This document shows positions 54,190-64,000 of a DNA stretch of 64,000 nt, in pieces. Below the pieces are notes generated by a model. The model was not told the DNA's origin. It saw only the letters and a program-made list of their open reading frames with translations, and did no database searches. The stretch lies in assembly GCF_006345805.1 (NCBI RefSeq), contig NC_043000.1:81530001-81594000 (forward strand). Direction: 5' to 3'. This DNA is from Octopus sinensis. Taxonomy: Eukaryota. Positions within the stretch are counted from its first letter, which is position 1, and every line of letters begins with the position of its first letter. Both the position numbers and the translations under genes were made by a program.

Positions 54190-54871
54190 TTATCTAGTGA
54201 ATGTGAAATGTAAGAAGAAAATTAATGCTTAAATTATATCTAAAAGACCACAATAAACAATTTAATTTAGATTGGTTGATTCTCTCAATTTCGATACCTT
54301 ATGATAAAGGCAAGGAATTCTGTCTTCCCTGTAATTCTGAACTATTTTTTATTCTTTTTTCTAAAAATCCCCTTGTAAACACAGTTATAGAGTATGCATA
54401 CTGATGTAAACATTGGCAGAAACACACCTTCAGTTCATATAAGTGATATCTATCATTATATATAATCTAAACATTAATTTTCTTCTTACATTTCACATTC
54501 TTACATTTCACATTCACTAGATATATCTTTTTCCAAGACTATTGGGTTTTATTTAATATACATATCATTATATACTTCTCATTTATTTGGTTTTTTCTTT
54601 CCTTTACCCCTCCTCTTTCTATAGGCTACCTTTGACGTTATATCCTCTAGCGTTTTTTTTTAAACATAACTTAATAGCATTTAGTTAATCACTATATATA
54701 TATCCATCATTTTCTGTTAAAATGTCTTATTGACGAGTTTCATTTCTTCATTTCCCTGAAGAGAAGATTACATTGTTTTACACCATTTTATTCCTTTGGA
54801 ATAATACTAGTGATATCTTCGAAACATGTGTCGGAAGTAAAAGAATTTGAATAACACCTTTGTTTAACTCC

Positions 54872-54880
<9 letters not shown>
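54190..54880 (+). mobile_element. 3' remnant of a Penelope-like element (ORF C-terminus plus pLTR)
   Basis: From 54231: LKDHNKQFNLDWLILSISIPYDKGKEFCLPCNSELFFILFSKNPLVNTVIEYAY*CKHWQK, resembling PLE endonuclease C-termini. Also an inverted 5' piece, a hammerhead and an adjacent (TA)n. Confidence 0.65.
54751..54837 (+). ncRNA. Type I hammerhead ribozyme motif with long stem II loop
   Basis: UUUCC-CUGAAGA-GAAGAU...AUCUUC-GAAAC-AUGU-GUC^GGAAG; lies downstream of a PLE ORF remnant on the same strand. Confidence 0.75.
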
Positions 54881-54950
<70 letters not shown>

Positions 54951-55075
54951 GTCATTTATGTATTGTATTTAATGTATATATGCCGTTGACACACTCTATG
55001 GACTTAGTATAGTTTGTCTACCAAATCCACCCTCATGACATCAATCACCCCAAAGACTTCCCCCAGAATTTTACT

Positions 55076-55155
<80 letters not shown>

Positions 55156-55280
55156 GAGTGGCAACACATAAAACTTTCGGCTCTTGAGTCTCTCTGTTCT
55201 TCTGCTAGATATTGATAAAAATATACATATACACATATTTTGAGTTCTATTCGTCCTGTTCGCATTACCATACCTATGTA

Positions 55281-55321
<41 letters not shown>

Positions 55322-55349
55322 CATAATGTTGTTTGTCTTCTGTTCCCAG

Positions 55350-55462
55350 GATGTTGAAGCTAACACAGTCCGCTTAAATGAACATGGTCAAGATGTGTTG
55401 GTGTTGGAGAAAATGCCAACTAACATACAGGCACAAGATGGATCAATACAGTCACACTATAA
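55350..55462 (+). CDS. RAPGEF4: Epac exon: lid/switchboard with VLVLE motif
   Basis: ttcccAG|GAT; DVEANTVRLNEHGQDVLVLEKMPTNIQAQDGSIQSHY(K); donor AA|GTAAGT. Confidence 0.96.
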
Positions 55463-55843
55463 GTAAGTAGTGATGATGATGGTGGTGGTGGTGGTGGTGA
55501 TAAGTAGTGGAAGGGGGATTGTTGTGATGTGGTGGGGATCAGTGTGGTAGTAGTAGTGGTGGTAGTAGTTGTGGTGTGATTTCTGTATGTGGAAGTGGTC
55601 ATTATAAAAAGGAAGAACAAGATGTGAATAAAAAATGGCTTGATCACAATTGGTTCAACTCTGGCCAAAAGCTGACCTGTCTGCAACCATCCAGCCTGCT
55701 AGAAATAGCAACCAAATCTCCATGTAATCCATTGATGATATGATGGTCACAGCTAGAAGACCTTTGATCATTGGCCAAAAGTTAAACAACAACAATAATA
55801 CAAAACATATAATAAAATCACATGGCATTTCCTTTTATTTCAG

Positions 55844-55923
55844 ATATTCTGTCATGGCTGGAACACCCGAAAAAATATTGGAACATCTACTGGAAACTCG
55901 AATGGAGAAAACAGATTCGTATG
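55844..55923 (+). CDS. RAPGEF4: Epac exon: start of REM domain
   Basis: tttcAG|A; (K)YSVMAGTPEKILEHLLETRMEKTDSY; donor G|GTTTGT chosen because it gives the phase 1 needed by the next exon. Confidence 0.92.
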
Positions 55924-57541
55924 GTTTGTATCATTGATATAGGGTTTATTTTTACTGTTGTCTTACTGGTATATTGTTTATATTGAGTAGATAGACAGAC
56001 ACACAGTTTTATATAGATATATAAATACTCTACAAATACATACTTTAATTTTTTGTCTCACCTACTACAGCTTTTTCTCCCCTGTTTACCCCATTTTTTT
56101 GCTTCCACACATCCCTCTCACCTTTATCACATTCACTTTCCCCGTCACCTTCAGCCAACCACCTGTACCCAATACCATTCAAACACCCATCTCTATACTC
56201 ATTTCTTTACACAGATACTCTCCTTTATACACTGACAACTCCCTTCTTTACTCCTTCCCATAGAACTGCATTCCTATCTGATCCCTAACTATTTCCTTCT
56301 TTTTTCCCCCATTTCCCTTCTTTCCTACCCCAACAATCCCACAATATATAAAACATTTTTAATTCCTATTCCAGTTTTGTTATGCAATAACTCTGCAAAT
56401 AATATTTCCACAATTCTCAATTTTAATATGTACTTTGAACTAACATACAGCAGCAACTAAGACTTCATACTGGATTGTAATAATGGAATAAGCTGATGTA
56501 CTTCAAGAGAAAACACCTGGGATTTAGCATAACTACCTTCACAATGTGTGTGTGTGTGTGTGCATGTGTGTATTTATATCATAATGCAAAGTTCTTGAAA
56601 TACATACAGTTATGTATTACACATAGTGCAAGCCATTATCAATCATAATATATGTTAGTGGACAGATACGTTTATTATATCAGAAAATAAAATCCTGTAT
56701 ACATGCACACACACATGGCTTATATGAAGTATAGAATTGTGTGTGTGTGTGTGTGTGTGTGTAACAAGGAAGCAAAAGTAAGAGACAGTCAAGTTGTACT
56801 CAAAGAATTCTGTAGGGCAATACTTGAGTAGAATTAATTTTTTATGTAATAAACGTGTGTGTGTGTGTATTTGTTTAAATGCACAAATATACATATATGT
56901 ACTTGCTTCTTGACATAAAGCCAAAATATAATAGACAACAACACTCAAGGTAGGTGTGATCAGTATATGTAACTTTTAGAAATGTTTGTTTCCACCGACT
57001 GCATATTCAATACCACCTGTGTGGACTTCTATATCATCTAAAGCAGTAGCTCCCAAAGTAGATGATACTGTCCCTCTGGTGGGGGCATGGAAAGATCCAG
57101 GGGGGGGGCTTTGAAGAAAAGTGAGGTGATAATGTGGTGGTTAAAAGAGGGCAATGATGTAAAAACAAAATAATAGGTTGATTAGATTTAGTTTTATTTG
57201 TGAAATACAGTTGTTTTGAATTTGATGCATGAAGTAGTCTATGTTTATGGTGGTGAGTTGAAGTGGGACGCCAGAAATACGGACTGAGTGCCAAGGGAAT
57301 CGCTGATCTAAAATATCAGTTGTTTCAAACGAAATACAATTTCAAAAGAAATTATATAGTTCATGGTTTTATATAAACTTCCAATCATCTTACTACTTTC
57401 AAAGAAACTGTGGAAATTCCACAGGGGCTGCTAATTAATATTAATTTATTAATATATTCTGTGTAGATTTTGATGATTATTTAACATTTGATATTATAAT
57501 TGATTTGATTCTATATGTTTGTTTTTGTTTTGTTTTTTCAG

Positions 57542-57620
57542 ACCACTTCTTGGAAAGCTTCCTACTTACTCATGTGATATTCATGCCAACCAAAAAGCTA
57601 TGCCCAGCTCTCAGAATGCA
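57542..57620 (+). CDS. RAPGEF4: Epac exon: REM domain, ends at a U12 AT donor
   Basis: ttttcAG|AC; (D)HFLESFLLTHVIFMPTKKLCPALRM(H); followed directly by ATATCCTTT. Confidence 0.93.
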
Positions 57621-57677
57621 ATATCCTTTATTACTCATCAGTTGACACATACACATACACGTGCACACACTCACTCA

Positions 57678-57723
<46 letters not shown>

Positions 57724-58586
57724 TGCACAGATACACACACATCATTGATTTAAGTCTGCCTTCCATGCTGGCATGGGTTGACTGGATCATTGTTGGTCAT
57801 CTAGATGGCTCAGACCATATCTAGCTTGTAAGTTTTTCTTTTGGTTTAAATAAGTACTAGTCTTACAAAGAATAAGTCCTAAAGTCGACTTCTTTGACTA
57901 AAAACCCTTCAAGGCAGTGCTCCAGCATGGCCACAGTCAAATGACTGAAACAAGTGAAAAAATATAAGAATATTACACACACACATGCACACAAATGTAT
58001 AAGCTCTATTAATATAACATACTTAATGTATGTGTGTAGTTGAAATTGCCAGAAGCTTCTAGGGGAAAAATCCTTTCATTGGCATATTATGCTTAAAAAA
58101 CAAAATATTGTCCCTGAAGTAGCTTTGAAAGCAACAGAAACATGCTTCACTGTTGTGATATATCAATGTCACATACTCATGTCATTTCCAAAATGAAATT
58201 GTATCAGTTAGTCTGAAGTATTTATAGATAATGTATAATGTATTCATTGGTTTGCAAAGGCACACCAGAAGCAAAGCAAATTCAAACAGGTCCCATTGCA
58301 TAATTTGAATTTATTCTATTTATGCAGCACCTTTGCAAATTAGTGTATATTTCAGGTGAGCTGATTTAATTTCATTTTGGAAGTGATCACAAGTGTGTTA
58401 TATTGATAAGCTACAACAATGGCAAAATAGTGCAAGTTACAAGTGAAGCATTTTATTGACCCTGGAGGGAAGGAAATCAAAGTTGAACCCCAAGCAGGAA
58501 GATATATTGCAAAGCATTTATTCCAGTATTCTAATGATTTTGCTTGTTCATTACTTTTACCAGTTTATCAGTAATAATAATAATAA

Positions 58587-58617
<31 letters not shown>

Positions 58618-58722
58618 AAGAAGAAGAAGAAGAAGAAGAAGAAGAAGAAGAAGAAGAAGAAGAGCAACAACAACAACAACAATAACAATAATTAATAATA
58701 ATAATAATAATATAATAATAAT

Positions 58723-58753
<31 letters not shown>

Positions 58754-59312
58754 GCTTGATGCAATACCTGGCAGTGGCTCTCATAGCTTCTGATCTTAAC
58801 TGGTTGGAAGTGTTATCATGTACATGTTTTGTCTTGGTGTGAAAAATGGGCTACAACAACTATTCTGCTCAATACCACAGATTTGCTTGTCAGTTGCTTG
58901 ACCTGAACCAGTTGAACATGTCCTTCAGTGGCTTGTGATGTGTGCATCTCTAATAATGAGCAGAAGTAGTGGGAGAGCATCATAGCCATGTGTTGAGAGG
59001 AATTCTTTGGGGTTTGAATAATTCACCCCTGGAAACATGGGTGTTTTGTTCATCATCCTTCAACAACCCTTATTCAGGAATCTTTTGGGCAGAAGGAGTT
59101 ACTCAGTCTGAAGAAAATTCTAACTGGGCTCCACCTGCAAGGCCATGTGCTGTTTATCTTGATATGAAATCACTATGTTGCATACATATGGTTGTGATGC
59201 ATGTGCCAAGTGTACCCTTATCAGAAAGGTAGTCATGAATTGTATATTGGGCTTCTTATATTTGTACTCCAGCATCACTTTAATGGCATGCACTACTCTC
59301 TCATCCAATAAT

Positions 59313-59384
<72 letters not shown>

Positions 59385-59458
59385 CAATAAAAATCAAAGA
59401 ATTGTATGAAATAATAATGGGCTGAAGAAATAATGTGTTTTTCCTTAAGTAATGTTAC
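57621..59458 (+). other. U12-type (minor spliceosome) AT-AC intron
   Basis: 5' ATATCCTTT; branch site TTCCTTAAG at 59441-59449; terminal AC at 59457-59458; splicing creates a CA|C His codon and keeps the REM frame. Confidence 0.92.
58572..58753. repeat. Compound trinucleotide microsatellite (AAT)n(AAG)n(AAC)n(AAT)n
   Basis: Directly visible; representative of dozens of (TA)n, (TG)n, (GA)n, (CAT)n, (AAT)n and (TAG)n tracts in the window. Confidence 0.95.
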
Positions 59459-59603
59459 CTATGAAGCAACAGCTGGTGCCAAACACGAGAGCCACGACAT
59501 CACAGTCAGCCATAAATGCCGCGTTATCCAGTTTGTGCAAGAATGGCAGAGTATATCAGGAGATGAGTTTCTGGAGGATAACACTATCAGTGCCTTTCTT
59601 AAA
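59459..59603 (+). CDS. RAPGEF4: Epac exon: REM domain, begins at a U12 AC acceptor
   Basis: TTCCTTAAG branch site then tgttAC|C; (H)YEATAGAKHESHDITVSHKCRVIQFVQEWQSISGDEFLEDNTISAFLK; donor AAA|GTAAGT. Gene continues beyond the window. Confidence 0.9.
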
Positions 59604-60197
59604 GTAAGTATTTCTCTCAATTATTTTCTTCTTCTTCCTTCTTCTTCCTTTCTCTATCTCTTTTCCTCACTTTTACTTTGTTTTTCCTTCTTCTCTTTCT
59701 CTTTGTCTTTACCCTTCCTCCATTTTTGTTCCTTCTCTTTGCTTTCTTTGTTCTACTTCCTTCTCTTCTTTTTCCTCTTTCTTTTTACTTTTCTGTCTGT
59801 TTCTTCCTTCTCTTTATGTTTGTCTTTCTTCCTTTTCTTTTTACCTTACACACACACACACACACACACACTAAAACATCTATGATAAGTATAATTATGA
59901 AACCTGCACAATGTGGACATGGATGTCTTCAGAAAAGAACTGGACATTCTCTTCTTCATGATACTGGACGAACCAACAGCCCAGCATGAGATACAAATGA
60001 AGCCAGCAATATCAAACTCCTTCAGGCACTAAATGGGCCTGGGCCAACAACCAAGGGAAAAGGCCATACAGGAAGGGATGAAATGAAATCCCACCACCCC
60101 TGAAGAAATCAGTGAAAGAAGAATCATATTCACAAGTTCAAAATCACAGTGGTGTTCCAGTATGACTGAAACAAATAAGGGAATATATTTATATATA

Positions 60198-60420
60198 CAG
60201 GGTTGGCCAAAAGTCACCTGACAGTAAATCAAAACCCATTGAATTCCAAGATTAAAACAAAAAATTATTCTATGTGAGACTTCACTATTAAATAGACAAA
60301 TATTGAAAAACAAATGTTGATTTTAACTCACAGCATTCATAATTTGATTGAGAAAATAAAATTGAATATTTAGTATTTATGGAATTTTGATTTACTATCA
60401 GGTGAATTTGGCCAACTTTG
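60198..60420. mobile_element. Tc1/mariner-type MITE
   Basis: About 40-bp TIRs (cagggttggccaaaagtcacctgacagtaaatcaaaa / ttttgatttactatcaggtgaatttggccaactttg) flanked by TA. Confidence 0.85.
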
Positions 60421-60425
60421 TATGC

Positions 60426-60459
<34 letters not shown>

Positions 60460-60555
60460 CGGGAAGGTTTACAAAAATAAACAAAAGACGAAGGCAGGTG
60501 GAGTACAAACAAACAATTGTATTATTATGGCGCTCAGGAATAGAAATAGAACAAG

Positions 60556-60593
60556 TCTTTTACGTTTCGAGCCTACGCTCTTCGACAAAAAGA
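60556..60593 (-). ncRNA. Degenerate minimal hammerhead-like motif
   Basis: Minus strand UCUUU-UUGUCGA-A-GAGC(GUAG)GCUC-GAAACGUA-AAAGA; stems I and II are perfect but the CUGANGA core is altered. Confidence 0.45.
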
Positions 60594-60631
60594 TACAGAG
60601 AAAAAAAAACAAGGAGAGAAAAAAAAATGAG

Positions 60632-60728
<97 letters not shown>

Positions 60729-61624
60729 GCATGTCTGGCTAGCTGGTAAGAAGCTTACTTCCCAACATCATGGTTCCAGGTTCAGTCCCACAGTGTGGCA
60801 CCTTAGGCAAGTGTCTTCCACTATAGCCTCAGGTCAATCAAAGATTTGTGGGTGGATTTAGTAGACAGAAACTGTATATATATATATATTTGTGTGTGTG
60901 TCTTTGTGCCTGTGATTGTCCTCCAATCACTGCTTGACAACTTGTGTTGGTGTGTTTACATTCCCATAACTTCGCAGTTCAGCAAAAGTGACCAATAGAA
61001 TAAGTACTAGGTTTACAAAGACTAAGTCCTGGGGTTGATTTGTTCAACTAAATCCCTTTGAGGTGGTGCTCCAGCATGACCACAGTCATATGACTGAAAC
61101 AAGTAAAAGAAAAAGAGAATAAAAGAAATATACCATTACATATATATTTACATATATGTATTTATATATATCTGACAATACAAATGCTGTCTGCCTTTTC
61201 TCTCTCTCTTTTCTCTCTCTCTTTCTCTCTAAATGTAACTGCCTCTCCAATCCATCTCTTTCTATCTGCCTTTCTGTAACCACGCTACCAGAACATCACC
61301 CCCTGCCAAATATTGTATCCTAAATATATCTCTTTCTCTTTACCGTTCCCTCCCCACCTTACAGTATGCCATTAACACTTCTCTCGCCCTCTTTTTTCTC
61401 ACCATCTCTTTCTGTCACTCTTTGCCTCTCCCTTGAACTAACTACATGATGCATTTGGCCTTATTATACCTCTTTCTCTACTTGTTCCTCACTTCTTTCT
61501 TCTCTACTCACACTCTTCCCCCCCCTCTCTCTCTCTCTTTTACTCCATCTCCACCTCTCTTACTAACTAAAGTATAACAAGCATACAAACAAGCAGATTA
61601 TTATCATTTTGCTAACCTGGTTAG

Positions 61625-62040
61625 CAGCTATTTTATCTTGATGTTTGGTAACAACAAATTTCCTCAAATCTCAAGAAACTTTCTTGGGATTTTCATAGAA
61701 TATAGGATGGTACTTTTCTGCAGGTCAGCAAAGCAAGCTTCAATTCCAATGTCTTTCAGCCTTTTAGATAACATTTTGGGTGTTGTGCCAAATACACCAT
61801 TTACTAAAGGAATAACTGTTGTCTTGGTCTTCCACTATCTCTTCAGTTCTCTGTTTAAATCCTGATATTTCTCAATTTTCCAATTTCTTTTATATCAACT
61901 CTGCTATCATAAGGAATTGCAAAATCTATGATCATATATTGTTTGTTTATTTTGTCCTCTATAATCAATTCTGATCTTCTTGCTTCAGTATTTATGGCAA
62001 AGTCCCACAAGGTCTTGTAATTCTCATTTTCTATCACAGC
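61625..62040 (-). mobile_element. Non-LTR element C-terminus with a restriction-like endonuclease (R4/Dong-like)
   Basis: IENENYKTLWDFAINTEARRSELIIEDKINKQYMIIDFAIPYDSRVDIKEIGK, followed by VIPLVNGVFG-like and LQKSTILYS-like segments. Confidence 0.7.
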
Positions 62041-64000
62041 ATGAAGTCAAATTTGCTTTTCATCCTTTCAGAGTGATAAATTAAGTACCAGTTGAGTACT
62101 GGGGAGGCCAATGCAATCAACTATGCCCCTCCCCAAAATTTCAGACCTTGTGCCTCTAGTAGAAAAAATTATCATTATAAAAAGGCAGTGAGCTGGCAGA
62201 ATCATTAGCCTGCCAAGCAAAACGCTTAATAGTATTTCATCTGTCTTCACGTTCTGAGTTCAAATTCTGCCATGGTCGACTTTGCCTTTCATCCTTTCAG
62301 GATCAATAAAATAAGTACCCATTGAGCACAGGAATCAATGTAATCAACTTACCAACTCTCCTGGAATTGGTGGCCTTGTACCAAAATTTGAAACCATTTT
62401 TATTAAAAGCATCAAGTTGACAGAATTGTTAGCATGCCAGACAAAATGTTTCATGGCATTTTGTCTTTTTTTACATTCTGAGTCCAAATTCTGCTGAGTT
62501 TAATTTTGCCTTTGATCCTTTTGGGACCAATGAAATAATTACCAGTTGATCACTGGGGTCAAGGAAATCAACTAGATCCTTCTCTGCGAAATTTCAGGTT
62601 TTGTGCCTATGATAGAAAGGATTATTATTGTTAATTATAAAGCTGTTATTGGAATATTTAAGATATGATAAATGAGAAATTTGAGTCACACATTAAGTAA
62701 ACCAGCAATCACTATGCAACACCACCCCCTCAATAACCACCACTACCATTACAGCAACTATCACCAGAACTATCAAATCATATATCACTACTCCCACTTC
62801 CACTGGCATCGACCCAAACCACCCCACAACCACAACCACAGCCATGCCATATAACACAACCATCACCTTCACACTCATACTACACCATTGTATCACTATA
62901 CAAACCATCATGCCTGTCAGCCATCAAATCACCGTGCTTCTAACCACACCACCACAACTATCACCACTACTACCACTGCCATCAACACCACTACCACTTC
63001 TCATAGATTTTCCTCAATTTCCTTTTTCATGTTTCAATAATACATGTACAATTATCATACAAATATTTATTTATTATAATTATAATTATATTTATTATAA
63101 TTAGCACTTTTATATTTCTTTTTAATTTCAATAATTTTTTTTGTTTGTTAATTTTTACTTTGTCCTGACTGGCTCAATTAAAATTAATAAAATAATAAAT
63201 GCTTTCCACTCCACTCCTCTCTTCTCTTTTAATTAATATAATTTTATTTTTATTCTACTTTTTAATTTTTTCTCTACTTTTAAGTTATTTATTTACATTT
63301 TGTTGGCATTTTTTCATTTTTTCCTTTCATTTCGTTTTTGGTATTTTTTCATTTTTATCATTTTTGCTTTCCTCATTTTATTGCTACCAAATGGACTCTA
63401 CCACCCTATGACACCTATTGACAGGTAGATGAACTATATCATTCAATAGTACTTGCTTAGAACTAGGTGAGCTGCATCAGTCTGTGGTGCTTACAACCAA
63501 ATGAGTTGTACTACCTTGTGGTGCCTATTTATGATTTAGTGAACTACCATATGGTGTCTACTGTTGAAGAAGAGTAGAACAACAATGACGTAGAGATTGT
63601 CATATGCTATGAAGGCCAATCACAAAATGTTGAGCCTTACAAAGGAGATGACAGAGGACCGAGATATGTGGCATATTGCTGTACTCAAGAAGACTTACCC
63701 ACTACAACAGAATTGAGATCCAAAAACTAAGATGCCATATAAAAAGCATTGGTGTGGGTACTGGTGCCAGGTAAAAATCACTAGTGCTGATGGCACATAA
63801 AAAGCACTGATGATGATGCCATGTGAAAAGCACCCAGTACACTCTGTAAAGTAGTTGACATTAGGAAGGCATCTTGCTGTAGAAACCAAGCCAAAACAGA
63901 CTATGGAATCTGGTGCAGCCCCTGGCCTTGCCAGTTCTTTTCAAGCCATCCAACCCATGCCAGTATGGAAAATGGATGTTAAATGTTGATGGTGGTGGTT

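Noticed and set aside
55919-55924. Alternative donor TC|GTATGG for the first REM exon
   Set aside because: It gives phase 2, but the next exon needs phase 1, so G|GTTTGT at 55924 was used.
57519-57824. Supplied ORF over the REM exon
   Set aside because: Wrong frame; the Epac-like frame is HFLESFLLTHVIFMP and it ends at the AT donor.
59604-64000. Further Epac exons (RA or CDC25 domains)
   Set aside because: No recognisable Epac peptide with splice sites was found; the region is SINE, LINE and microsatellite sequence, though a short divergent exon could have been missed.

Overview
AT-rich, microsatellite- and transposon-dense animal DNA. The repeat families look like those of a coleoid cephalopod (Octopus), which is an inference. 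The only host gene is an internal part of an Epac/RAPGEF4-type cAMP-regulated Rap GEF on the + strand. Nine exons (246-699, 29672-29817, 44256-44332, 48237-48304, 52512-52590, 55350-55462, 55844-55923, 57542-57620, 59459-59603) join with fully compatible phases into about 413 codons covering the end of the DEP domain, the CNB-B cAMP-binding domain and the REM domain. Highlights: (1) a U12-type AT-AC intron (57621-59458) that is needed to keep the frame; (2) several hammerhead-ribozyme motifs from Penelope-like elements in the introns, two of them (51849-51893, 54751-54837) apparently complete and in the sense orientation of the pre-mRNA; (3) a Penelope-like relic with GIY-YIG upstream of RT (Naiad/Chlamys order); (4) an in-frame Gly/Ser microsatellite expansion after the DEP domain; (5) several long, nearly perfect palindromes and a locally templated insertion. 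The rest is decayed Tc1/mariner, pogo/Tigger, hAT MITE, RTE and other LINEs, tRNA-derived SINEs and simple repeats. Almost all ORFs in the supplied track are microsatellite artefacts.
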